Source: an uncultured Candidatus Saccharibacteria bacterium
GTDB taxonomy: Bacteria > Patescibacteriota > Minisyncoccia > Phycocordibacterales > DATGWK01
Assembly: GCA_964456405.1 (NCBI GenBank)
Contig: CAYVZB010000004.1
Span: 1 to 62,699 of the forward strand
DNA length: 62,699 bases
Direction: 5' to 3'
Positions 38,096 through 47,280 of the stretch are shown here, one piece after another. The notes beneath the pieces were generated by a model. It had not been told where the DNA came from. It ran no database searches and saw only the letters and a program-made list of their open reading frames with translations. The translations under genes were made by a program, and so were the position numbers. Within the stretch, counting starts at the first letter, position 1, and each line of letters begins with the position of its first letter.

Positions 38096-38965
38096 ATGAA
38101 AACTCTTCGCGAATATATTCAGGATGCAGAAATGAACAAGGTTGCCATTGGTCATTTTAATATTTCAAATATGGAAGCAGTCTGGGCGATCTCGAATGTT
38201 GCCCGAAAACTCAATGTGCCAGTAATAATCGGAGTTTCAGAAGGTGAGCGAGATTTTTTTGGTGTTCGACAAATCGCGGCGGTAGTTAAGAGCCTTCGTG
38301 AGGAGTTTGCCCACCCTATTTTTCTTAACGCTGATCATACATATTCAGTAAAAGGAGTAAGGGAGGCGATTGATGCTGGTTTTGATGCGGTTATCTTTGA
38401 TGGTGCAAAACTTTCGTTTGATGAAAACGTCGCTGCAGCAAAAGAATGTGTTGAATACGCCCGTGGTGTTGGACACGAGGTATTAGTTGAAGCCGAACTG
38501 GGTTTTATCGGTCAATCTTCCAAAATTTTGGATGCTGTGCCCGAAGGTGTGAATCTTTCAGAGGAAGGTTTAACCAAGCCCGAAGAAGCAAGCATGTTTG
38601 TTGAAAAAACCGGTGTTGATCTTTTGGCACCAGCAGTAGGGAATTTCCACGGCATGCTCAAGGGCGGCATTGATCCAAAACTTAATATTGAACGAATAGA
38701 AGAACTCAGAGAGGCTTGTGGTATCCCAATGGTTCTCCATGGTGGTTCTGGTAATTCTGCAGACGATTTTTCTGCAGCAATTGACGCCGGAATCAGCATT
38801 GTTCATATCAACACAGAGCTTCGTATTGCGTATCGTGATGCATTGAAATTTTCTCTCCAAGAAAATCCCGAAGAGGTTGCGCCGTACAAAATTCTAAAAC
38901 CAACCGTGACGGCAATGGAGAAGATTGTTGAGGCAAAGTTGAAGGTGTTTAATAAAATGAATTGA
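38096..38965 (+). CDS. fba: Class II fructose-bisphosphate aldolase
   Basis: Start MKTLREYIQDAEMNKVAIGHFNISN inside track ORF 37871..38965. DH (NADHTYS), ELGFIG, VLHGGSG. Confidence 0.9.
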   Translation: MKTLREYIQDAEMNKVAIGHFNISNMEAVWAISNVARKLNVPVIIGVSEGERDFFGVRQIAAVVKSLREEFAHPIFLNADHTYSVKGVREAIDAGFDAVIFDGAKLSFDENVAAAKECVEYARGVGHEVLVEAELGFIGQSSKILDAVPEGVNLSEEGLTKPEEASMFVEKTGVDLLAPAVGNFHGMLKGGIDPKLNIERIEELREACGIPMVLHGGSGNSADDFSAAIDAGISIVHINTELRIAYRDALKFSLQENPEEVAPYKILKPTVTAMEKIVEAKLKVFNKMN

Positions 38966-38974
38966 ATGAATTGG

Positions 38975-39087
38975 GTCCCCTCCCTAGATAATATTCTGAG
39001 GGGACTCCCGGAGGCGCGAAGGCGCCGAGGGCGAGCAAGGTTTTAGCAGAAATCTATGCGTGCCCCGAAGAGTATTATCTGAAAACC
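38975..39087 (+). repeat. Structured intergenic repeat, family 2, copy C
   Basis: P1 AGATAATATTC (38986-38996) pairs with GAGTATTATCT (39070-39080). Core CTGAGGGGACTCCCGGAGGC...GTGCCCCGAAGAG. Confidence 0.6.
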
Positions 39088-40722
39088 ATGTTCCTTAAAG
39101 ATGAAATAAAACAATTTTTCAAAGGAGACGTTGCTGATGACAAGGCGACATTGATTACCTATAGCCATGACGCTAGTCTTTTTGAAGTAAAACCACAGCT
39201 TGTTGTTTTTCCGAAGGATGCAGAGGATATTAAGCGACTTGTAACATTTGTTGCAGAAAGAAAAAATACAGATCGACAGATTTCTTTGACACCACGTTCA
39301 GCGGGCACCTGTATGTCGGGTGGTTCTCTTAATGATTCGATTATTATCGATGTGACCAGGCACATGCACGGTATCAAAATGCTTAATAAGCACCGCGCGA
39401 TCGTTCTACCCGGTACGTTTTATCGAGACTTTGAAGTTGAAACATTAAAAATTGATGCGATTTTACCTTGCTACACCGCCTCAAAAAATTTGTGCGCTAT
39501 TGGTGGTATGGTCGGAAACAATTCTGGTGGTGAAAAAACACTACAATACGGCAAAATGGAAGATTATGTTGATTCGCTCAAGGTGGTTTTTTCTGATGGT
39601 AATGAATATCTTGTAAAACCGCTTTCCAAAAAAGAACTCGATGCAAAAATCGCTCAAAATGATTTTGAGGGCAATCTCTATAAACAAATTTTTGAACTTA
39701 TAGAAAAAAATCAGGGAGCGCTCATGACCGCAAAACCGGTTGTTTCGAAGAATTCCGCTGGATACTATTTGTGGAATGTCTGGGATGGTGAAACATTTGA
39801 TCTCACAAAACTTATCGTGGGCTCACAAGGCACTCTCGGTATTGTTACCGAAATTGAACTTCGATTGGTACCGGTTAAAAAAATAACCAAGCTTTTTGTT
39901 ATTTTTATGCCGCACATAAAGGAGCTTGGTAGGGTCGTAAACGAAATTCTAGAATCAAAACCAGAAAGTATTGAATCCTACGACGATAGCACCATGAAGC
40001 TTGCAATCAAGTTTTTGCCACAGATGATGAAAAACATGAAAGGTTCTTTCTTCAAGCTTATTTTTAGCTTTATTCCAGAATTTTTCATGATGCTGACAGG
40101 GGGAATTCCCAAATTGGTACTACTCGTTGAGTTCGCCGGTGACGATGAAAAAGAATTGACCGAACAACTTGCACAACTTCAAAATAAAATACAGCACTTT
40201 AAATTCAAGACCCGAAGTATTCATTCTGTAACCGAAGCTGAAAAGTATTGGACGATTCGTCGAGAAAGTTTCAATCTGCTTCGTCAGCATGTCCACGGGC
40301 TTCGTACCGCGCCATTTGTTGATGATGTGGTTGTCCGACCAGAATTTTTACCAGAATTTTTACCAAAAATGCGTGCAATTTTAGACGAGTATAAACTTGT
40401 GTATACCATCGCTGGTCACGCCGGTAACGGCAATTTCCATATCATCCCATTAATGGATATGAAAATAGAGAGGAATAGGGAAATCATCAGAGAAATTTCT
40501 GACCGAATTTATAATCTAGTTATCAAGTATCACGGCTCAATTACAGGTGAACACAATGACGGCATTGTTCGCACACCATATTTGAAAAAAATGTTTGGCC
40601 AGAAAATTGTTGATCTGTTCCAAGAAACCAAAAATATTTTTGATTCAAAGAATATATTTAACCCGGGAAAGAAGGTTAACGTATCTATTGATTACATGGA
40701 GAGCCATATTGCGAAGTCATAG
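39088..40722 (+). CDS. FAD-linked oxidase (GlcD/D-lactate dehydrogenase family)
   Basis: 544 aa. FAD_binding_4-like N-terminal half (PRSAGTCMSGGS, GGMVGNNSGG), C-terminal GHAGNGNFH and GEHNDG. Confidence 0.85.
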   Translation: MFLKDEIKQFFKGDVADDKATLITYSHDASLFEVKPQLVVFPKDAEDIKRLVTFVAERKNTDRQISLTPRSAGTCMSGGSLNDSIIIDVTRHMHGIKMLNKHRAIVLPGTFYRDFEVETLKIDAILPCYTASKNLCAIGGMVGNNSGGEKTLQYGKMEDYVDSLKVVFSDGNEYLVKPLSKKELDAKIAQNDFEGNLYKQIFELIEKNQGALMTAKPVVSKNSAGYYLWNVWDGETFDLTKLIVGSQGTLGIVTEIELRLVPVKKITKLFVIFMPHIKELGRVVNEILESKPESIESYDDSTMKLAIKFLPQMMKNMKGSFFKLIFSFIPEFFMMLTGGIPKLVLLVEFAGDDEKELTEQLAQLQNKIQHFKFKTRSIHSVTEAEKYWTIRRESFNLLRQHVHGLRTAPFVDDVVVRPEFLPEFLPKMRAILDEYKLVYTIAGHAGNGNFHIIPLMDMKIERNREIIREISDRIYNLVIKYHGSITGEHNDGIVRTPYLKKMFGQKIVDLFQETKNIFDSKNIFNPGKKVNVSIDYMESHIAKS

Positions 40723-40798
40723 ATTGACTTGTAATCATAATTGTGCTATAAAAATTTTGGACGTATCTCAAATCAACTTCTAACACACAGGAGCGTGT

Positions 40799-41176
40799 AT
40801 GCAGTTTTTCTTTGAAAATTGGTATTTGATCGGGTTGTTTCAGGTGGCTCTGGGCATCGTCGGCGGTATTCTGATTCGGCGGCTCTACCACTTCAGCAGG
40901 TACGGTTTGCCTGGTCAGATCGTGACGGCTGACAGACTGTTTAAGTCGGGTCAGTTGATCGAGATCAACCAGCTCGTGCTCTTGCCGGCAGGACTCTGCG
41001 CGGTCGTAATGTACCGAGATTTCTGGCGCATCGTGAGGTTTCAAAATCTCGAGGGTTGTGTCACGAACATGGCGCCCGACAGGTGGCGTAGCGGTGTCTA
41101 TGTGTATGAGTTCGAGAGGCTCGCCAGGAACCATCCTTCGGGATTCGGTATCACAGAATCGATCAAGATGATCTGA
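40799..41176 (+). CDS. Hypothetical protein with N-terminal TM helix
   Basis: 125 aa. AGGAG Shine-Dalgarno 6 nt upstream. GC-rich. Followed by a terminator. Confidence 0.5.
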   Translation: MQFFFENWYLIGLFQVALGIVGGILIRRLYHFSRYGLPGQIVTADRLFKSGQLIEINQLVLLPAGLCAVVMYRDFWRIVRFQNLEGCVTNMAPDRWRSGVYVYEFERLARNHPSGFGITESIKMI

Positions 41177-41200
41177 GCTCGTAAGCACTCTGTGATTCTG

Positions 41201-41227
41201 AGCCCCACGCACATGCGCGGGGCTTTT
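41201..41227 (+). terminator. Intrinsic terminator
   Basis: GCCCC-A-CGC ACAT GCG-C-GGGGC, then TTTT. Confidence 0.65.
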
Positions 41228-41346
41228 CATTTGTGTGTACAGATAAAGGTATCCACATTGACACACCTTTAGTATGGAGTTATATTTTTGATCCCCAGTG
41301 TAACCATTGTCGGTTACGGGATAGTGAACTTCAAAAACGGAGTTGG

Positions 41347-41562
41347 ATGATGAGTAAGGGACTTCAGGTACTTACGAGGAAGATTCTGAGAAAAAAGCCG
41401 GAACTCGGCGCTGCGATTTCCTCGCAGAAACGTCAGGTTGGGTCGAGTTTGGACACAAGTGCAACATCGGTGCCCGCGAACCCGCATACCAGTGTCCTCG
41501 GTGGGTTTGCTGACGGTCGTGCAAACCTCGGTTTGACGTCCTTCGGGTCCTCCGCCCGTTAG
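41347..41562 (+). CDS. Possible small basic protein (71 aa); coding status uncertain
   Basis: GGAG 5 nt upstream of ATGATG. Disordered basic sequence. Terminator-like AGCTCC..GGAGCT+T6 at about 41620-41652. Confidence 0.25.
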   Translation: MMSKGLQVLTRKILRKKPELGAAISSQKRQVGSSLDTSATSVPANPHTSVLGGFADGRANLGLTSFGSSAR

Positions 41563-41723
41563 GTTGGCTAACGCTTACACTGTGTACAAGGTTCCTCGCG
41601 ATACTGTTTTTGTTCTTTCAGCTCCCCACATCGTGGCGGAGCTTTTTTGTTCCGCCTTAGGTTTCGTGAATGTGGATGCGTTTGTAATTAAGCCGTTGGC
41701 GATACTGCTGTGGTGTCCCGCAG

Positions 41724-41751
41724 TTGATTTATTTTGGCTTTTCCATATAAT
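41724..41751 (+). promoter_or_regulatory. Sigma70-like promoter abutting the rplY start codon
   Basis: TTGATT (41724-41729), N16, TATAAT (41746-41751). ATG at 41758. Confidence 0.45.
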
Positions 41752-41757
41752 GGCCCA

Positions 41758-42432
41758 ATGATTAGTTTGCAGGTAACAAACCGCCCAAAGGGTGGTAGTC
41801 TCGAAAAAATCCGAAATAGCGGCCTTATGCCGGCGGTTTTTTACGGTAAAAAACAGGAGTCAACTCCCGTTTCTATTCCAATGGTAGATTTCCTAAAGGT
41901 TTGGAAGCAGGCCGGTGAATCTTCTGTTGTTATTTTGAAGACAGACAAGGGCGAGGTTGAGGCTCTTATTCACGACGTTGATCTCGATCCAGTAACAGAA
42001 ACTCCTCGTCATGCTGACTTTTATGTATTCGAAAAAGGTCACAAAATTACACTCGATATTCCTCTCGAATTCGTTGGTGTTTCTCCTGCAGTAAAAGATT
42101 TGGGCGGTATTCTCATAAAAGTTCTCCACGAAATTAAAATCGAAGCAATGCCAAAAGACCTGCCTAAGAAAATTGAAGTCGATATTTCTTCTCTTGTTAA
42201 TTTCGAAAGCCAGATTCTTGCGGGTGATATCAAACTTTCTGAGGGTGTAGCTCTCGTTGAATCTCCGACTGAGGTTGTGGCACTTGTTTCAATGCCTAAA
42301 GAAGAAAAAGAAGAAGAGGCCGCACCTGCTGATCTCTCGGCTATTGAAGTTGAAAAGAAGGGTAAGAAGGAAGAAGAAGGAGTTGAGGGCGGCGAAGCCC
42401 CAAAGGCTGAAAAGGCAGATAAGAAAGAATAA
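41758..42432 (+). CDS. rplY: 50S ribosomal protein L25/Ctc with K/E-rich tail
   Basis: Track ORF 41734..42432 (TTG start). Conserved sequence from MISLQVTNRPKGG..PAVFYGK. Confidence 0.85.
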   Translation: MISLQVTNRPKGGSLEKIRNSGLMPAVFYGKKQESTPVSIPMVDFLKVWKQAGESSVVILKTDKGEVEALIHDVDLDPVTETPRHADFYVFEKGHKITLDIPLEFVGVSPAVKDLGGILIKVLHEIKIEAMPKDLPKKIEVDISSLVNFESQILAGDIKLSEGVALVESPTEVVALVSMPKEEKEEEAAPADLSAIEVEKKGKKEEEGVEGGEAPKAEKADKKE

Positions 42433-42435
42433 TTC

Positions 42436-42459
42436 AAAACCCCGCGCTCGCGGGGTTTT
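42436..42459 (+). terminator. Intrinsic terminator after rplY
   Basis: AAAACCCCGCG..CGCGGGGTTTT. Confidence 0.7.
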
Positions 42460-42512
42460 GTAATTTTAGACAGTAAGATCCGTCAATTTCTCTGGTTAGA
42501 CATGATATATTT

Positions 42513-43892
42513 ATGTTCATGGGTTTTTCTTTTAAGAAAGCTTTTTTAGGTACTACTATTTTTTTGGTGGCCGTTTTTTTTCATGCGCCAACCTTCTTGG
42601 TGGCTCATGCCCAAACCGCGGAAGATGTAGCCACTCGCGAAAGACAACTTCGTGCTGAACTTGATAAAACCGAGAAAGAAATCGCTCAGTGGACTATTAC
42701 CCTCAATGCGAAGAAACAAGAAACCGCTTCTATTGAGCGAGACGCAGAGATTTTGGCTGGAAAAATTGAACAGGCAAAGCTGGTGATAAAAGCAAAAAAT
42801 TTGGCAATTCAGACTATTGGTAAGGATATTTCTTTAAAGGAGGAAACGATCGGTCAGCTTAACCAAAAAATTGAACGTGGAAGGGAATCTCTGGGTGAGC
42901 TCATTAGAAAAACCAATGAAATGGACGCATATTCTGTAGCGGAAGTGGCGCTTTCTAATAAAAAAGTTTCAGAGTTTTTTGTTGATGTTGATGCCTATAA
43001 TTCTATAGAAAAAGCTATGGGGGATTTATTTAGCGATATCAGAGAAACTAAAAATAAGACAGAATCTGAGAAAGAACAGCTTACCGCAAAAAAGAATCAA
43101 GAAGCAGATGCAAAAGCCGTTATCGAAACAGAAAAAAGTAAGGTAGAAAAAAGCGAAGCTGAAAAGAAGGCTCTGCTCGCCGCAAGTAAAAGTCAGGAAA
43201 AAACGTACAGTCAAATTCTTGCCGAAAAACAAGCCAGAGCCGCACAGATTCGATCTGCGCTGTTTGCCTTGCGAGATTCTGCTGCAATTCCATTTGGCAA
43301 GGCATTGAGTTTTGCTAATGAAGTTTCTGAGGAGACTGGTGTAAGGCCAGCATTTTTGCTGGCAATTCTGACCCAAGAAACAAACTTGGGTGCAAATATT
43401 GGAACTTGTAACCGTCCTGGTGACCCCGAAGAAAAGCAGTGGCGAGCGATCATGCCTGGTCCAGCCGATATTGCAGCAAAAAAATCTCGCCGCGACGATG
43501 AGTCGGCATTCCTGCGTATTACCAAGGCGCTCGGTTTCGACCCCGATTCAATGCCACTTTCTTGTCCATGGAAAGATGGTTGGGGCGGTGCTATGGGCCC
43601 TTCACAATTCATTCCTACAACATGGGAGTCTTACCAGACCAAAATTGCTAATGCATTGGGCAAAAGCGTGGTAAATCCATGGGAGCCAGAAGATGCATTC
43701 ATGGCTTCAGGCATTTATCTCTCGGAGCTTGGTGCTGGCGGGGGCACGTATACTGCAGAAAGAACCGCTGCACTCAAATATTATGCTGGAGGCAATTGGG
43801 CCGCTCCGGCTAATGCGTTTTACGGTGATGGAGTCATGGCAAAGGCCAAGAGTATTCAGGAGAATATGATTGATCCGTTACAAGGGTTGTAG
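42513..43892 (+). CDS. Secreted coiled-coil protein with C-terminal lytic transglycosylase-like domain
   Basis: 459 aa. Signal peptide, ~220-aa heptad-rich region, then AFLLAILTQETNLG and GAMGPSQFIPTTW. Confidence 0.7.
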   Translation: MFMGFSFKKAFLGTTIFLVAVFFHAPTFLVAHAQTAEDVATRERQLRAELDKTEKEIAQWTITLNAKKQETASIERDAEILAGKIEQAKLVIKAKNLAIQTIGKDISLKEETIGQLNQKIERGRESLGELIRKTNEMDAYSVAEVALSNKKVSEFFVDVDAYNSIEKAMGDLFSDIRETKNKTESEKEQLTAKKNQEADAKAVIETEKSKVEKSEAEKKALLAASKSQEKTYSQILAEKQARAAQIRSALFALRDSAAIPFGKALSFANEVSEETGVRPAFLLAILTQETNLGANIGTCNRPGDPEEKQWRAIMPGPADIAAKKSRRDDESAFLRITKALGFDPDSMPLSCPWKDGWGGAMGPSQFIPTTWESYQTKIANALGKSVVNPWEPEDAFMASGIYLSELGAGGGTYTAERTAALKYYAGGNWAAPANAFYGDGVMAKAKSIQENMIDPLQGL

Positions 43893-43895
43893 TTT

Positions 43896-43949
43896 TCAAC
43901 CAGCCCGTGAGGAGGGAGCACGAGAGACCCTTCGTTCTGGGCTGGTTGA
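43896..43949 (+). repeat. Family 1 repeat, medium copy
   Basis: TCAACCAGCCC (43896-43906) pairs with GGGCTGGTTGA (43939-43949). Interior GTGAGGAGGG..GAGACCCTTCGTTCT matches the reverse complement of 18035-18162. Confidence 0.6.
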
Positions 43950-44014
43950 GAGAAAGGGGAGTGCAAATAGGCACTTTTTGACTTTTAAGATGATTTTGAT
44001 ATAGTCTTACGGCA

Positions 44015-44236
44015 ATGAAAAAAGAAACACATCCTCAATATTTCCCAAACGCAGCCGTAGAATGTGCCTGTGGCAATAAATTTACCATTGGTTCTACAAA
44101 GGAGGCTATTCGAGTTGAAATCTGTTCTAAATGTCACCCTTTCTATACTGGTGCTGAAAAAGTACTCGATAGCGCCGGCCGTGTTGAGAAATTCAAGACT
44201 CGACGTGCAGCTGCCACTAAGAAGGTAAAAGCGTAA
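44015..44236 (+). CDS. rpmE: 50S ribosomal protein L31
   Basis: 73 aa. [10 protein letters not shown]...C..CHPFYTG. Confidence 0.9.
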   Translation: MKKETHPQYFPNAAVECACGNKFTIGSTKEAIRVEICSKCHPFYTGAEKVLDSAGRVEKFKTRRAAATKKVKA

Positions 44237-44247
44237 CTATTAATCTT

Positions 44248-44270
44248 GATCCCGGGTAAAGCCCGGGATC
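44248..44270 (+). terminator. Hairpin after rpmE
   Basis: GATCCCGGG-TAAAG-CCCGGGATC followed by TTGTT. Confidence 0.55.
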
Positions 44271-44287
44271 TTGTTATACTTGCCAAC

Positions 44288-45277
44288 ATGGAACTCGAAA
44301 GTTTCAAACAAAACTCAAAAACTGCATTTTTAGCCGACTTGTACTCTAAGTACGAAAAGGAAGAAGCAGAGATTCAGAAAATGGCCGAAAACGACCCGTC
44401 CTTTTCTGTACTTGCAAAAGATGAACTTGAAAATTTGAGGGCACAGAAAGAGTCACTCATGACTCAGATGAAAGATATTGTGGCTAAGGATAATGCCGAA
44501 GAAGAATTTCCTAATGAAATAATTCTTGAGGTTCGGGCAGGTGCAGGAGGCGACGAAGCCGCTCTTTTTGCTGAAAAGTTGGCACTCATGTACCAGCGTT
44601 ATGCTCAACGCCGCGGATGGGGGTCTCGACCGCTTGAAGAGTCAAAGAATTCCCTCGGTGGCTATAAGGAAGCGACATTTGAAATTAAGGGAAAGGGAGT
44701 ATATAAAGATCTGCGATTTGAATCCGGTGTACATCGTATTCAGCGTGTACCTGCAACAGAAAAATCTGGCCGAGTTCACACTTCTACTGCATCAGTTGCA
44801 ATACTTCCGATCAGAAAGAAATCAAAGATCACGATTAATCCTGCCGATATTGAGATGGAATTTTCTCGTTCGGGCGGTGCGGGTGGCCAAAACGTCAACA
44901 AGGTTGAAACCGCTGTTCGGCTTATTCATAAACCAACTGGCATTGATGCTAAGTCAACATCTGAACGAAGTCAGGCGGCCAACCGCATGATGGCCATGGA
45001 AGTTTTGCAGGCCAAGCTCGACATGGCACATGAAGCGGAGCAAGCAAAAAAGCATGCAGCAGAGAGAAGGGAACTTGTTGGTACTGCTGATCGTTCAGAA
45101 AAAGTTCGAACCTATAATATTTTGCAAGATCGTATTACAGACCACAGGCTCAAGGAGTCATGGCACAATATTGAAACTATTTTTGCCGGTGACATGGATT
45201 CAATCATCGAATCTTTCCAAGAAAGACTTGAAAAGGGTGGTGCGATCGAGGCCGGAAGTGTGGAGGATGACGAGTAA
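44288..45277 (+). CDS. prfA: Peptide chain release factor 1
   Basis: Start MELESFKQ (the track ORF begins inside the rpmE hairpin). PAT tripeptide (RVPATE) and GGQ ([12 protein letters not shown]). Confidence 0.9.
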   Translation: MELESFKQNSKTAFLADLYSKYEKEEAEIQKMAENDPSFSVLAKDELENLRAQKESLMTQMKDIVAKDNAEEEFPNEIILEVRAGAGGDEAALFAEKLALMYQRYAQRRGWGSRPLEESKNSLGGYKEATFEIKGKGVYKDLRFESGVHRIQRVPATEKSGRVHTSTASVAILPIRKKSKITINPADIEMEFSRSGGAGGQNVNKVETAVRLIHKPTGIDAKSTSERSQAANRMMAMEVLQAKLDMAHEAEQAKKHAAERRELVGTADRSEKVRTYNILQDRITDHRLKESWHNIETIFAGDMDSIIESFQERLEKGGAIEAGSVEDDE

Positions 45278-45321
45278 TTCGAGCCATTTGCCAAAAAAGG
45301 TTGTTTTTGCTAGACTTCCCA

Positions 45322-45342
45322 AGCGTTTTCGAACGCTTTTTT
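45322..45342 (+). terminator. Intrinsic terminator after prfA
   Basis: AGCGTT-TTCG-AACGCT, then T5. Confidence 0.65.
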
Positions 45343-45350
45343 GTTAAAAT

Positions 45351-46058
45351 ATGATTACCAAACACAAAGAAGGCGATATCATCTCAGATCTCTTTAAAGC
45401 AGGAGCACATTTTGCTTTTGTTCGCGCACGACGACACCCTTCAACAAAGCCATACATTTTCGGCGTAAAGAACCGAATTGAAATTTTTGATCTCGAAAAG
45501 ACAAACGAAGCACTTCAGAAAGCTCTCGAGTTCGTAAAAAATATGGGCACCATGAACAGCACCGTGCTTTTTGTTGGTGGTAAGGGCGAGGCCAAGAACG
45601 CAGTTAAGGCTGCTGCTTCAAAGATCGGCATGCCGTACGTAGATGGCCGATGGATTGGCGGAACTCTGACTAATTTCAACCAGATCAAGCGTCGAGTAGC
45701 CAAACTTGAAGAACTCACATCTCAAAAAGAAAAGGGCGAACTCGCAAAGTACACAAAGCGAGAGCGAATGCTTATTGATAAAGAAATCGAAAATCTCCGA
45801 ATCTATTTCGAAGGCATTGTTTCAATGAAAGACTTACCAAAGGCAATGATTATTGTTGATCCAAAGAAAGAAGAAATCGCGGTCAAAGAAGCGTTCGAAA
45901 AGGGAATTCCTGTCGTCGCAATCGCTGGTTCTGACTGTGATATTTCAGTTATTGACTACCCAGTTCCTGCAAACGATGCTTCGGTTGCAAGTATTACATT
46001 CCTTGTGAACAAGCTTGCCGAGAGTTACAGTGAAGGAAAAGCGATTTCAAAGAAGTAA
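45351..46058 (+). CDS. rpsB: 30S ribosomal protein S2
   Basis: 235 aa. GAHFAF..RR.HP....YIFG. Confidence 0.95.
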   Translation: MITKHKEGDIISDLFKAGAHFAFVRARRHPSTKPYIFGVKNRIEIFDLEKTNEALQKALEFVKNMGTMNSTVLFVGGKGEAKNAVKAAASKIGMPYVDGRWIGGTLTNFNQIKRRVAKLEELTSQKEKGELAKYTKRERMLIDKEIENLRIYFEGIVSMKDLPKAMIIVDPKKEEIAVKEAFEKGIPVVAIAGSDCDISVIDYPVPANDASVASITFLVNKLAESYSEGKAISKK

Positions 46059-46105
46059 TTATAAGTTTCTCTTCGCATTGGGCGAAGTGTAAGTAAATTT
46101 AAAAT

Positions 46106-46696
46106 ATGTCTGAGATTACAACGGAGCGTATTAAGGAATTACGAGATCGGACCGGTATTTCCATCATGCAGTGCAGAAAAGCTTTGGAAGAAGCTGGTGG
46201 TGACATGGAAAAGGCCGTTATTATTCTCCAAAAACAAAGCAAGGCCGTTGCTTCAAAGAAATCCGATCGAACCCTTAAGGCTGGTACCGTTGCCTCTTAT
46301 ATTCATGCCACAGGCACTATTGGTGCTATGGTTGAGCTCTTTTGCGAAACCGATTTCGTTGGTAAGAACGAAGAGTTTAGAGCTGTAGCCCGAGACATTG
46401 CTCTTCATATCGCTGCAACTAATCCAGAATTCTTGAAAAAAGAAGATATAAACGAAGAAATGCGTCTTAAAGTTCAGGAAATCTTCGCTGATGAAGTTAA
46501 AAACCTGCCAGAAGCTATTCGTCCAAAGGCGCTAGAAGGCAAAATGGATGCCTATTTTAGCGAGCGCATACTCCTTGACCAGCTTTTTGTAAAGGATCAA
46601 AATATGACCATCAAGGGTATAATTGATGGAGCAGTTCAGAAATTCGGCGAACGTATTGAAATCGGCCGTTTTGCTCGATTCGGCATCTCTCGATAA
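46106..46696 (+). CDS. tsf: Elongation factor Ts (short form)
   Basis: 196 aa. IKELRDRTGISIMQCRKALEEAGGDMEKA, VELFCETDFV. Confidence 0.9.
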   Translation: MSEITTERIKELRDRTGISIMQCRKALEEAGGDMEKAVIILQKQSKAVASKKSDRTLKAGTVASYIHATGTIGAMVELFCETDFVGKNEEFRAVARDIALHIAATNPEFLKKEDINEEMRLKVQEIFADEVKNLPEAIRPKALEGKMDAYFSERILLDQLFVKDQNMTIKGIIDGAVQKFGERIEIGRFARFGISR

Positions 46697-46702
46697 AACA
46701 AA

Positions 46703-47074
46703 ATGGGTTTACTTTATACATTTATTGTTGCAACGCTTGCTCTGGGGGTTCTTGTTTTTGCTAAGTCACGAGAACTCAAAACCGGTAAGCCGACATTTGT
46801 GAACAAGGCACTCTCTAAATGTGACCCATTTTGTAACACCGTCAGTGCACGTGTTAAACATATCGTGCATAATCAGCGTGAAAAAGCATTCTTTTTGTTT
46901 TTGGTCCATATCCCAAGTCAAATTGAAGCGTTGTTTACTAAAATTCGACAACGAACACACGATTACTATCGTGGAACTAACGAAAAGATGCGTAACAAGC
47001 GCAATATTTCAAACAGCACCGTCTCTCCATACATGCGTTCAATGACCCTTAAGCGGGACACCGAAGGGTTTTAA
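46703..47074 (+). CDS. Hypothetical membrane-anchored basic protein
   Basis: 123 aa, N-terminal TM helix. Confidence 0.4.
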   Translation: MGLLYTFIVATLALGVLVFAKSRELKTGKPTFVNKALSKCDPFCNTVSARVKHIVHNQREKAFFLFLVHIPSQIEALFTKIRQRTHDYYRGTNEKMRNKRNISNSTVSPYMRSMTLKRDTEGF

Positions 47075-47138
47075 TTTTCTTCAAAGTATTGTATCCTCAT
47101 CGGAAGCGAGTGAGAGGAATTCTTGCAACACGCAAGAC

Positions 47139-47209
47139 GCGCAGCGATTGCAGCAAGTACTTGAGAATTTCCTTGGAAATTCGAAAGTAGCTTGCGCAAT
47201 GAGCTGCGC
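47139..47209. other. 71-nt multi-stem hairpin upstream of tRNA-Thr
   Basis: GCGCAGC/GCTGCGC, GCAAG/CTTGC, GAATTTCC/GGAAATTC nested stems. Confidence 0.5.
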
Positions 47210-47243
47210 TCGAGCGAAGCGAGAATGTGTCGAACGAGTCAGC

Positions 47244-47266
47244 GCCACCTTAGCTGTTTTGGTAGA
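47244..47266 (+). repeat. Degenerate duplicate of the tRNA-Thr 5' end
   Basis: GCCACCTTAGCTGTTTTGGTAGA versus tRNA GCCACCTTAGCTCAGTTGGTAGA (20/23 identical), starting 37 bp upstream of the tRNA start. Confidence 0.7.
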
Positions 47267-47280
47267 TATAAAAACAGCAT

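Noticed and set aside
40685-41266. 193-aa minus-strand ORF.
   Set aside because: It is antisense to the 125-aa plus-strand ORF, which has a Shine-Dalgarno sequence, a TM helix and a downstream terminator. The minus ORF starts inside that terminator and has no initiation signals.
41270-41660. tmRNA, RNase P RNA, SRP RNA or 6S RNA in the GC-rich non-coding-looking stretch.
   Set aside because: None of the hallmark blocks were found. There is no GGGG...tRNA-like 3' end with TTCGA-type T-loop and CCA, no GAGGAAAGTCCGG, and no SRP GGAA/AGCA domain IV motif. The stretch is left as unclassified.
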